This document shows positions 44,968 through 54,040 of a DNA stretch of 64,000 nt, piece after piece. Location of the stretch: positions 345-64,344 of the forward strand of contig CABQHM010000010.1 in NCBI GenBank assembly GCA_902464015.1, read 5' to 3'. Each line of letters opens with the position of its first letter. Positions within the stretch are counted from its first letter, which is position 1. The stretch comes from an uncultured Coriobacteriales bacterium (GTDB lineage Bacteria > Actinomycetota > Coriobacteriia > Coriobacteriales > UMGS124). The notes beneath the pieces were generated by a model. The model saw only the letters and a list, made by a program, of their open reading frames with translations, made no database searches and was not told the DNA's origin. The position numbers and the translations under genes were made by a program.

Positions 44968-45025
44968 TAGTCCATCGAGCGTTACAAGCCTTATCGTTGC
45001 GGGCGGAGATGCCTGTCGCCGACTC

Positions 45026-45763
45026 CTACCCCCAGCGTTCGAGGAGGGCCTGAAGACGGGTGGCGAGGCCCCGGTGATGATCGAGCTCGTCGATAACAAT
45101 AACGGGCCTGCGTGTCAAACGTTCCGAGAGGCACGCGACGAGACGGTCGGTATCCTGGCGGATGCCGGCGATGGGCTCGGGATGATCGAGACCCTCGTTG
45201 GCACCGCAAGCCACAACGACACGGGGGTCGCACGCCAGGGACGTCCGGGCGACACGGTTCACGATGCCTGGATACCACGTGCTAGGGCTTGCGAGAAGAT
45301 ACGTTGAGAACACATCGGTGTTAAGCATGGCGAATAGACCGAACAGGCCAGCAAGCGAGTACCCGAACAGACCAATAGGTCCCTCGGTGTGTTCGCGTCG
45401 CAACGCCGTGGCCACAGGCAGCACCGTATCCGCCAAAAACACCTCGGCACCGCCACCGAAATCTGGTGCGCCGGGCTTGTAAGCTGGGTGCGACCAGGGG
45501 GTATATTGCGCAAGGCCGCGGTCGACGGGGTCGGGGTCGATGCCCACCATAAGCGGCAAGCATGCTGGGTCGAGCCTGCCCTCGGCAACCAGGCGATCAA
45601 CACGGCGCAGTACGCGCGTTCCGTCGAGAACCACAAGCGCGCCGGGCGTGGAGGCGTAACCGCTCGGACGCGCAACAACGCAGGAAACGCCCGCAATCAC
45701 CTCACGCGCAATCGCAAGGGACGAGATTTCTTCGCGCTCGTCTTCATTGTCAACAATTGGCAT
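45026..45763 (-). CDS. Alpha/beta-hydrolase, putative esterase family (siderophore-esterase-like)
   Basis: GYSLAG nucleophile elbow (GxSxG). About 245 aa. Lies next to a Fec-type iron-chelate ABC transporter. Confidence 0.65.
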   Translation of the reverse strand: MPIVDNEDEREEISSLAIAREVIAGVSCVVARPSGYASTPGALVVLDGTRVLRRVDRLVAEGRLDPACLPLMVGIDPDPVDRGLAQYTPWSHPAYKPGAPDFGGGAEVFLADTVLPVATALRREHTEGPIGLFGYSLAGLFGLFAMLNTDVFSTYLLASPSTWYPGIVNRVARTSLACDPRVVVACGANEGLDHPEPIAGIRQDTDRLVACLSERLTRRPVIVIDELDHHRGLATRLQALLERWG

Positions 45764-45826
45764 ATCTACCAGCGCTCCTTTTCAAGTCAACCAATCCATC
45801 CGTTTCTGCGGCAAGGCCCGCCCTCA

Positions 45827-46666
45827 TCAGCCGTCGTCCCTCAGCCCTGCGGCCGCGCCCTGCTCGACGTCCCTGCGGGCCTCGCTGGGCGAACAACCGT
45901 AATGCCGTCTGAACAGGCGGCTGAAGTACAGGGGGTCGTCGTAGCCGACAGCGTAAGCCACGTCCTTCACGCGCATGTCGGTCTGAAGCAGGCGCATGGC
46001 TTGCTCAAGCCGCAGCGAGATGAGCAGGTTCATGGGACGCACGCGATGGGCCCGCGCAAAACAATACGAAAAGCGTTGCGCCCCCATGCCGTAGCGGGCA
46101 GCAAGATCATCCAGGCATATCGGCTCGGCGAAGTGCGTCTCGATGTATGCACGGGCCCGCGCCATGCGTTCATCGACCCTCGTGCGAGGCGAGGGGTCGA
46201 ACATCGTGCGCAAAAGATTGGTGGCTCCCACAATCTGATTGAGACGGCTGTCGAGCGTCGCGGCCGCATTGAGCGCCTCGAGGGCCTCGACACGCGCCAT
46301 GAGCTCGTCATAGTTGGCAGGCGCGAAATCAAAAGGGCGCATCATCCAGTGCTGAGGATCACCCGTATCGTCGCCATTTGCCTCGTAGTACACGTTGATG
46401 TGCTCAAACGGCTCGTCGCCCACGGCCTCAAACAGCAGGTCTTCGTGCGGACAGCCGTGCAGGATAACCCCACGGCGGCCCTCCAGGCACTCCCCGCCCA
46501 ACACGAAGCGCGCCGTGCCGCGCACCGGAAAGATCAATGCCGAATGGATGGTGGAGTAACGGGCGCACTCGCCTGGAAACTTGACCTGGCGGCTGACCGC
46601 GAACACGCTGAAGGGCCGCTGGGCGTAGACGCGCCGCAGCTCCAGTGCCGATGGGTGTGCATTCAT
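45827..46666 (-). CDS. AraC-family transcriptional regulator
   Basis: C-terminal double HTH: ICLDDLAARYGMGAQRFSYCFARAHRVRPMNLLISLRLEQAMRLLQTDMRVKDVAYAVGYDDPLYFSRLFRRHYGCSP. Confidence 0.85.
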   Translation of the reverse strand: MNAHPSALELRRVYAQRPFSVFAVSRQVKFPGECARYSTIHSALIFPVRGTARFVLGGECLEGRRGVILHGCPHEDLLFEAVGDEPFEHINVYYEANGDDTGDPQHWMMRPFDFAPANYDELMARVEALEALNAAATLDSRLNQIVGATNLLRTMFDPSPRTRVDERMARARAYIETHFAEPICLDDLAARYGMGAQRFSYCFARAHRVRPMNLLISLRLEQAMRLLQTDMRVKDVAYAVGYDDPLYFSRLFRRHYGCSPSEARRDVEQGAAAGLRDDG

Positions 46667-46866
46667 GAGTAGGCCTTCCATGACAAAGAATCGTAGTTGA
46701 TGAGTTCAGTTTATGGTAGACATCTGAATTGTCCATGTTTTAAAGAGTATGCTATGTTCAACTTTCATAAGTTAGATAAAGATTCCTTTGTCACATCGAG
46801 GCGCGCCTGCCGAGGGATTCCGCCGGAATGCCCACGCAGACCGCGCCCGCCACTACGAAAGGATGG

Positions 46867-47988
46867 ATGAACATGGATCGTCTTTGCGTGAACCGCCGCC
46901 AGTTTGCCGCAGTCGCCGGCCTGGCCCTTGCCCTGCCCGTTTTCGCAGGCGTCGCCGCACGCAACGCCTGGGCCGATGACGCCAAGTCGGGCGACAAGGA
47001 TTCCTCCAAGGTGTCCTCTACCTCCGATGCCCCCGCTGAGCAGGCAACTTCTCCTGAGCCTTATGTGCCCGCTGCAACCGTCTATCCGCTCACCATCTCC
47101 CTTGTGGACGGCGACGGCACGGAGTTCGAGCAGACTTTCGAGGCCGCCCCGACCACGGCCGTCACCCTGACCGACTCGATGGCCGAGATTATGTGCCTGC
47201 TCGGCCTTGCCGATCGCGTCGTGGGCACCGTGACGCCCGAGGCGACGATGCCCGAGACCGTGGCCGATGCTTATGCGCAGATTCCCCAGCTCGGCGACAA
47301 GAAGACCCTCTCCCGCGAGACGATTGTGGGCGTGGGCCCCGAGGTGGTCATGGGCCGCGCCATGACGTTCAACAAGGACGGTCAGACAAGCGCCGCCGAC
47401 TACAACGAGATGGGCATCAACGTCTACATCCAGCCTGCCACCTCGGCAAAGATGAACCCCACACTGCAGGGCATCGTGGACGATATCAAGAACGTCGCCG
47501 AGGTCTTCGACGCCCAGGAAGCTGCATCCGACCTGGTAAACGACCTGCAAGATCGCCTTGCTGCCATTGAATCCCGTGTTGCCGAGGCAGCCGCCGCAGC
47601 CGAGGCCGCACAGAGCGTGCTCATCATGACGAACTTCAAGGAGGGCACGTTCGGCACCTTCGGAGGCAAGACCGGCGCCAGCCTGCAGTTCAACATGATC
47701 GAGGCTATGGGTGCCACCATGGCATCCACCGAGAGTGCCTCAGGCCTCACCTACGAGAACCTCGTCGCCTTCAACCCCGACGTCATTCTCTACATCACGG
47801 CGAACCGCAATGCCGAGACCGATCCGCTCGTACTCGACACCATTTATGGCGAGCCTTCCGTGCAGGAGGTCCCCGCCGTCGCCAACAAGAAGATCGTCGA
47901 GATTCCTTACGCCGAGTTCATGGACGCATCCCCGCGCGTGTTCGACTCGGCCGAGAAGATCCTCGACGTCCTGTACCCGCAGGCCTAA
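46867..47988 (+). CDS. ABC transporter substrate-binding protein, iron-chelate/cobalamin type (Peripla_BP_2-like), Tat-like signal
   Basis: MNMDRLCVNRRQFAAVAGLALALPVFAGVAARNAWA. Followed by a FecCD permease and an ATPase. Confidence 0.8.
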   Translation: MNMDRLCVNRRQFAAVAGLALALPVFAGVAARNAWADDAKSGDKDSSKVSSTSDAPAEQATSPEPYVPAATVYPLTISLVDGDGTEFEQTFEAAPTTAVTLTDSMAEIMCLLGLADRVVGTVTPEATMPETVADAYAQIPQLGDKKTLSRETIVGVGPEVVMGRAMTFNKDGQTSAADYNEMGINVYIQPATSAKMNPTLQGIVDDIKNVAEVFDAQEAASDLVNDLQDRLAAIESRVAEAAAAAEAAQSVLIMTNFKEGTFGTFGGKTGASLQFNMIEAMGATMASTESASGLTYENLVAFNPDVILYITANRNAETDPLVLDTIYGEPSVQEVPAVANKKIVEIPYAEFMDASPRVFDSAEKILDVLYPQA

Positions 47989-47997
47989 GGGGAACCC

Positions 47998-49059
47998 ATG
48001 CTGAGGCGCAGCGGCCCGTTCCGGGCATTCATCTGTGTGCTCGTGTGCGGGCTGCTCGCCAGCATGGTCGCGACGTCATGCATGGGGGCAATCGACGTCT
48101 CGCTTCCAGACGCACTCGCCATTCTGACAAACCACCTGTTCGGTACGCCCCTGCCCGATGACGGACACATCGGTGTGTCCACGGACAACATCATCTGGCG
48201 CCTGCGTTTCCCGCGCATCCTGCTGGGTGCCGCCGTGGGAGCCGGCCTTGCGCTGGCAGGAGTCGTCATGCAGGCCAGCGTGCAAAACACCCTGGCAGAG
48301 CCCTACATCCTGGGCATTTCCTCAGGCGCCAGCTTCGGCGCCACGCTCGCCATCATGTGCGGTGCCGGCTCGATTGCCCTCATAGACGGCGTGGGTTCGG
48401 TCTCGTTCTTCTCGTTTTTGGGCTCGATTGTGGCAACCGTGGGCGTGCTGCTTTTGGCTTCGGCCGGCGGCAAGATGACCACCAGCAAGCTCGTTTTGTC
48501 CGGCATGATACTGAACGCCCTGTTCACAGCCTTGTCCAACTTCATCATCACCGTGGCCGCCGACGCGCAAGGCATGCTCGACCTCAAGTTCTGGACGATG
48601 GGGTCGCTCACGCGGGCCGGTTGGGACAACGTCTGGCTCGTACTGGGCGTGGTGCTGGCCGGCACAGTCTTCTTCCTCACACAGTTTCGTTCGCTTAACA
48701 TCCTGCTCATGGGCGACGAGGCCGCCACGACGCTTGGCTTGAACACGGCACGTCGACGTTGGGTCTATCTTGTCGTATCCGCCCTGCTTGTGGGGTGCAT
48801 GGTGTCCGCCGTGGGCACCATCGGCTTCGTGGGACTCATGATTCCGCACATCGCCCGCTCGCTTGTGGGTTCAGACCATCGACGCCTCATCCCGTCCGCC
48901 GTGCTCATCGGGGCGGTGTTCATGCTGTGGGCCGACGCTGCCGCGCGCACGCTCATCGTCAACTCCGAGGTGCCCATCGGCATCCTCACCGCGCTCATCG
49001 GCGCCCCGTTCTTCGTCTACATCATGGTCGCGCGTAACTACAGCTTCAAAGGCAACTGA
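47998..49059 (+). CDS. FecCD-family iron-chelate ABC transporter permease
   Basis: 353 aa, polytopic. RFPRILLGAAVGAGLALAGVVMQ and IGFVGLMIPHIARSLVGSDHRRLIP are hallmark FecCD blocks. Confidence 0.9.
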   Translation: MLRRSGPFRAFICVLVCGLLASMVATSCMGAIDVSLPDALAILTNHLFGTPLPDDGHIGVSTDNIIWRLRFPRILLGAAVGAGLALAGVVMQASVQNTLAEPYILGISSGASFGATLAIMCGAGSIALIDGVGSVSFFSFLGSIVATVGVLLLASAGGKMTTSKLVLSGMILNALFTALSNFIITVAADAQGMLDLKFWTMGSLTRAGWDNVWLVLGVVLAGTVFFLTQFRSLNILLMGDEAATTLGLNTARRRWVYLVVSALLVGCMVSAVGTIGFVGLMIPHIARSLVGSDHRRLIPSAVLIGAVFMLWADAAARTLIVNSEVPIGILTALIGAPFFVYIMVARNYSFKGN

Positions 49060-49071
49060 GGGGGAGCCGTC

Positions 49072-49863
49072 ATGCATCTCGAGGTGCGCAACCTTTCGGT
49101 GGCCATCCACCGCAGACCCATCGTCTCCGGTGTATCGCTCACCGTGGACAATGGCGAGTTTGTGGGCATGCTCGGCCCCAACGGCTGCGGCAAATCCACA
49201 ACGCTGCGAGCGATATACCGCTTGAACAGGAAGTATTCCGGCCAGATCATGTGGGACGGCCGCGACGAGCGCACAATCACCCAAAAGGAGTTTGCCCGCC
49301 GGGTCGCCGTGGTGAGCCAGTTCAACGACATCGCCTTCGACTTCACCGTCCGCGAGGTGGTGCTTATGGGCCGCGCACCCCACATGGGCATGCTCTCCCG
49401 CGAGACGGATTCCGATCAGGAGATTGTCGCGCAATCACTTGATATGGTAGACATGGCTCACTTTTCCGATCGCTCATTCGCATCGTTGTCGGGCGGGGAG
49501 AAGCAGCGCGTCATCTTGGCGCGTGCGCTGGCGCAAAAGCCCGAGTTCCTCATCTTGGACGAGCCAACGAACCACCTGGATATCAAACACCAGCTGCAGA
49601 CACTCGCCATAGCACGTGACCTGGGCATAAGCTGCCTGGCCGCCCTGCACGACCTCGCCATGGCAAGCAGATTCGTCGACCGCGTGTGCCTCATGAAGGC
49701 AGGGTCCGTGGTGGCCTCGGGACCGGTGGGGGAAGTCGTGACGTCCGAACGTATCCACGAGGTGTACGACGTCGAGGCCCGCGTGACCCCAGCAGGCCCA
49801 GCAGGCGACGACTGGGACGGCGGCCTCACCGTGGCATACCGCTATCCCCAACGGGTGCGCTAG
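49072..49863 (+). CDS. Iron-chelate ABC transporter ATP-binding protein
   Basis: Walker A GPNGCGKST, signature LSGGEKQR, Walker B LILDEPTNHLD. Confidence 0.9.
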   Translation: MHLEVRNLSVAIHRRPIVSGVSLTVDNGEFVGMLGPNGCGKSTTLRAIYRLNRKYSGQIMWDGRDERTITQKEFARRVAVVSQFNDIAFDFTVREVVLMGRAPHMGMLSRETDSDQEIVAQSLDMVDMAHFSDRSFASLSGGEKQRVILARALAQKPEFLILDEPTNHLDIKHQLQTLAIARDLGISCLAALHDLAMASRFVDRVCLMKAGSVVASGPVGEVVTSERIHEVYDVEARVTPAGPAGDDWDGGLTVAYRYPQRVR

Positions 49864-50192
49864 GACGCAACCAGACGATATGACCCGAACCCAACGTAAC
49901 CGCGGGCGGTTCTGGAAAAGGGGCCTCCAGCGGCCTACGATGTCTCTCGCCACAAAAACGGCGGCGGGAGGAAAGCGCTGATTGCCCACGGCTGGTTTCA
50001 TCGAGCACCTTTTCTATCTTTCTACCTGCGCTGTTTCCATAGCGAAATACCGAAGAGCCCGCGTACCCATCGTTTCCCAACGGTACGGTCGCGTCTCCAA
50101 TACGGCAGACCTCCTTCGCCTTGCTACGCGACACTTGGGTGTCTCCGGGAAGAAACTGCCGCCCCCGGCCCCCGGCCCTTCCAAAAAACGCG

Positions 50193-50313
50193 TATGTTTG
50201 CGTTTTAATCTGCGGCCCCAAGGTAGCCGTCAAACAAGCAATTCGTCTACCTGGGACGATGTTAAGGGACTTTACTCAGATACTTTACCTGTCCGATTTA
50301 AAACGCAAACGTG
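50193..50313. repeat. 121-bp element with 14-bp terminal inverted repeats (copy B)
   Basis: tatgtttgcgtttt ... aaaacgcaaacgtg. Identical length to 8745-8865 and shares internal blocks in register. Confidence 0.7.
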
Positions 50314-50471
50314 CGCCATTTTTTCTCGCGTGGCAGGCTCTGTGGACTCGAATCGGCTCCTTCTCGCTCCTCGTACACCCCACCTCCACACGTTTGGGGG
50401 ATATAATGCGCCGTCTGTATACCAAAGCCGCGCGCAGGCACGCGACACATAGCGCAAGGGAGCACGCAACC

Positions 50472-51611
50472 ATGACCAAGACCCGCAAGCAGACGAAGAT
50501 CGCCCTGCTCACCGGCTACCTCGGGGCCGGCAAGACCACGCTTCTCAACCACATCCTTCAAAATGAGGAGGGCATCCGTGCCGCCGTCATCGTCAACGAC
50601 ATCGGCGAGGTCAACGTGGACGCCTCGCTCATCCAGAAGGGCGGGCTCACCCAGGTAGACGGCGACCTCATCCCCATGACGAACGGGTGCCTCTGCTGCA
50701 CGCTCTCCGACGACCTCACCCGCCAGCTCGGCCAGATTGCCGACTCGGGCGACTTCGACTACATCATCATCGAGGCGTCGGGCATCTGCGAGCCTATCCC
50801 GATTGCCTACACCATCTCGAACTTCTGCGACGAGAGCCGCTACGGCGGGCATGCCCCGCTGGCCCTGGACAACATCATCGCCGTGGTGGACTGCGCGCGC
50901 ATGTACGACGAGTTCCATGGCGGACGCGACCTGCTGGCCGACGACATCGACGAGGACGACATCGAGAGCCTGCTCATCCAGCAGATCGAGTTTTGCTCCA
51001 CGCTCGTGCTCAACAAGTGCGACAAGGTGACGCCTGAGCAAATCGCCGAGCTCAAGGCCATTGTGCGCAGCCTGCAGAAGGACGCCAAGATTGTGGAGGC
51101 CACACAGTCCAACGTGCCGCTCAACGAGATCATGAACACGGGGCGCTTCGACTTCGAGCGCGCCTACGATTCGGCCGCCTGGATCGACGCCATGGAGCAC
51201 CCTGAGGAGCATGACGACCCCGAAGTGCTCGAATACGGCATCGAGACGTTCGTGTACGAGCGCCGCAAGCCGTTCGATGCCGACAAGTTCAACGAGCTGG
51301 CACACGCCTGGCCCAGCAGCATCATCCGCACGAAGGGCATGCTGTGGGCCGTCATCAACCCCGACATGTGCTACCTCTTTGAGCAGGCGGGAAAGCAGAT
51401 GAACCTCTCCCCCAACGGCTACTTCGTGGCGAGTGCGCCGGCCGAGGAGCGCTCGCAGATCCTGCTGGAGAACCCCAAGATGCTCGACGACTGGGATCCC
51501 GTTTGCGGCGACCGCATGACCAAGCTCTGCTTCATCGGCCGCAACATGAACCGCGCTTCTATCGAAGCGAGCCTCGACTCCTGCCTCACCGACTGGGCGC
51601 CGCAGGAGTAG
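50472..51611 (+). CDS. COG0523/CobW-family metallochaperone GTPase
   Basis: P-loop GYLGAGKTTLLNHIL, metal-binding GCLCC motif, CobW_C-like C-terminal domain. AAGGGAG RBS. Confidence 0.85.
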   Translation: MTKTRKQTKIALLTGYLGAGKTTLLNHILQNEEGIRAAVIVNDIGEVNVDASLIQKGGLTQVDGDLIPMTNGCLCCTLSDDLTRQLGQIADSGDFDYIIIEASGICEPIPIAYTISNFCDESRYGGHAPLALDNIIAVVDCARMYDEFHGGRDLLADDIDEDDIESLLIQQIEFCSTLVLNKCDKVTPEQIAELKAIVRSLQKDAKIVEATQSNVPLNEIMNTGRFDFERAYDSAAWIDAMEHPEEHDDPEVLEYGIETFVYERRKPFDADKFNELAHAWPSSIIRTKGMLWAVINPDMCYLFEQAGKQMNLSPNGYFVASAPAEERSQILLENPKMLDDWDPVCGDRMTKLCFIGRNMNRASIEASLDSCLTDWAPQE

Positions 51612-52156
51612 GCGGACAAGCACGAGCACGCCCGTACTGGCAAGCACGACAACCAACAAGCCCCGCGTGCCCGCCGGTTGAGCGGCAGGCGCGCGGGGCT
51701 TTCTGGCGGGGCTCGCGCGAGTTCTGGGCAAACTGTCAGTTCTATAAAGCGATATAACCACGCAGCTGGCTTATGCAGACCATAGGCATGGCGTGAGCCC
51801 GAGGCAAGAGGCGGGTGATTGGGCGAATGGACTCTGGGAACTGGGCGAATCAACCGCGTTCTCACGACGTTCGCCTTTGGCTTGTTGTCGGTCGCCTCGA
51901 GGCACAACCAAACTCCTCCAGATTGTGATGTGCCACGCGGATATACCACAAAACCGCAGTCCAGAGCACCGCTGCTGCGCCGTGCGAGAACGCACTCACT
52001 TGTCTGCGGGCTTTCGCTCGAAATGGAGGGCTAGCTTTGCGATTCATGCAAGCCAGCTCTTGAGCGCCGCAAAAACCGGGGGCTTTTCGGCGACGGCGCC
52101 CGCGCTACAATGAGCGTGTTGGATGTACAGCAACAGCATGCCGGGCATGAGGATGC

Positions 52157-53863
52157 TTGGAGAGCCACGTGTCATCAGAGGCGAGGGAGGGGCCGTCGTT
52201 GCAAGCGAATAACGAAGTGCGCCCGGCCGCCGCCTGCTCAATATCCCCGTTCTGCGTAGCAGGTCTTGCCATGGCCATCGTGCTGTACGGACTTGCGGTG
52301 TGGTCGCCTGGCACGATGTTTTCTTTCGCTCGCTCCGAGGTGTTTGTGCAGGCAGGCACCCTAGCCTCCGTCGCCAATGCGCTCGCCCTTATCGGCATGG
52401 GAATACGAGGCGCAATCGCCGCCTCGCGGCACGCCTCATCACACAAGCGTGCGGCAGCGTGTGCGTCCACCCTGTTCGCAGCCCTCCTCATAGCATGCGC
52501 ACTCACGTGGTGCGCATCGTTTGCCCTCGAAAACACGCAGGCAGATACCTGGTTCACTCTTGCGCTCCTCGTCGCCTCGTGTCTTTCGGGTATCTGTCTG
52601 GCAATTGCATTCGTCTTTTGGCTCGATTGCCTTAAAGGCCTGCCTTCACGACAGGTGCATGTCGCCCTCGTCTCGGCGGCGGCCCTTTCGGCCATCCTCA
52701 ACCTCCCCAGTGGCCTTGCCCCCGAACCCGTCCTGCGCGGACTCGTTGTCGCACTGTTTGCCGCACAGGCCGCCCTTGCGCTTGCCACTTCGCACGCACC
52801 CACCCCCTTCGCCCGCAAGAACAAAAACCATCACGCGAACGCCGCGCCCATGGCGGCCCCCAATCTTCATGCATGCCCTGCAAAAACCGCAGCCACCTCA
52901 ATCGAAGATGCCCCCACCCAGGAAGCCCCCGAGGTGCCCGCGTCCACACCTTCGGCGGCGACCCAACCCTCCCCCGACCTGCGCGGAGCCTTAAGCGACC
53001 TTGCCGCCGTACTGGCGGCCGCTGTCGTGCTGACCTTTGTCGCGCCGCTCGTAAACACCGTGCTCATGGTCGACGTCCTCGAGCTACCCGCGCGCTTCAT
53101 CATGAGCGCGACAATGAACCTCGCCACGGCCGCGTTGCTTGCTGTCGTGTGGCTCGTTTGCAAGCGCACCCCTTCAGTCTTCGCCGTGCTGCTGGGATTC
53201 ACCGCACTGCTCTTCGCCGCCGTCCTGGTCGCCTCCGCTCTAGGTCCAGGCGCGCACCTCGTGGCCCTGGCCTTGGGTTCTGCCGGCTTTTTCCTCGTAA
53301 TCTACCTCGTCATGGAAGCCGGAGTCACAACCGCGCAGGAACGGCACCTGGCCATCGAGGCCACATATGGCACCGTGGCCGGCATCGTGATGCTTGCCCG
53401 CGTGCTGGCCGACATGCTCTCGGCAAACCTGCTCAACGCCGACATCGCCGGCGAATCCAAAATGCTCGTAGCAACCTTCTTGCTCGTGTATCTGCTCACC
53501 TGTGCCGCCTTCGCCCTCTATAACGCCATCGCGCGGCGCAAGCGGCGGGTTGCCCCAGAAGGTGTCGTCGCACCCGAAGCGCAAACTCCCGTCACCGCCG
53601 ATACCTCGACAGTCCAACAAGGCCCCGACAGATCACCTGCCGAGCTCGTAAGTGACGCGCACAACCTTTCGCAACGCGAGCGAGAAGTGCTCGTGCTCAT
53701 CATGCGCGGCCGCAACGTGCCTGCCATCGCCGAAGAACTGGTCCTCTCGCGCAATACGGTGCAAACGCACGTGCGCCACATCTACGAGCAGCTCGGCGTT
53801 CACTCTCGCCAGGAGCTCGTTGCCTACGTCGAGGGCTTCTCCAGCCAATCGTCCGATGTATAG
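52157..53863 (+). CDS. Membrane-anchored LuxR/GerE-family regulator
   Basis: 568 aa, TTG start (uncertain). Polytopic. C-terminal LSQREREVLVLIMRGRNVPAIAEELVLSRNTVQTHVRHIYEQLGVHSRQEL. Confidence 0.8.
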   Translation: MESHVSSEAREGPSLQANNEVRPAAACSISPFCVAGLAMAIVLYGLAVWSPGTMFSFARSEVFVQAGTLASVANALALIGMGIRGAIAASRHASSHKRAAACASTLFAALLIACALTWCASFALENTQADTWFTLALLVASCLSGICLAIAFVFWLDCLKGLPSRQVHVALVSAAALSAILNLPSGLAPEPVLRGLVVALFAAQAALALATSHAPTPFARKNKNHHANAAPMAAPNLHACPAKTAATSIEDAPTQEAPEVPASTPSAATQPSPDLRGALSDLAAVLAAAVVLTFVAPLVNTVLMVDVLELPARFIMSATMNLATAALLAVVWLVCKRTPSVFAVLLGFTALLFAAVLVASALGPGAHLVALALGSAGFFLVIYLVMEAGVTTAQERHLAIEATYGTVAGIVMLARVLADMLSANLLNADIAGESKMLVATFLLVYLLTCAAFALYNAIARRKRRVAPEGVVAPEAQTPVTADTSTVQQGPDRSPAELVSDAHNLSQREREVLVLIMRGRNVPAIAEELVLSRNTVQTHVRHIYEQLGVHSRQELVAYVEGFSSQSSDV

Positions 53864-54040
53864 GCAATCTACCAGCGCTTTTAATAACCTCACTGAATTT
53901 CAGTGAAGCGGTTTGCCCCCATCCGCACCACTATGGACACCATGGGAAGGGCCCAGGGAGGGCCTTTCGCCGGCTGGGCATGCGCGACCGATACCGAGCA
54001 TACCCGGCTCGCATCCACCAAGGGAGAGGATGGGACACAT

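Noticed and set aside
49864-50471. Cobalamin riboswitch or Zur/Fur box in the long leader region before the COG0523 gene, and in 46682-46866 before the ABC operon
   Set aside because: I could not find a B12-box-like core (GCCACTG-type) or a palindromic AT-rich Fur/Zur-type box by eye. A covariance-model scan would be needed to exclude them, so nothing is annotated.
51612-52156. Possible gene or RNA in the 545-bp gap between the COG0523 gene and the LuxR gene at 52157
   Set aside because: The ORFs here (51793-52113 and others) have a biased composition with no start context. I saw no repeats or strong hairpins, so the region is left unannotated.
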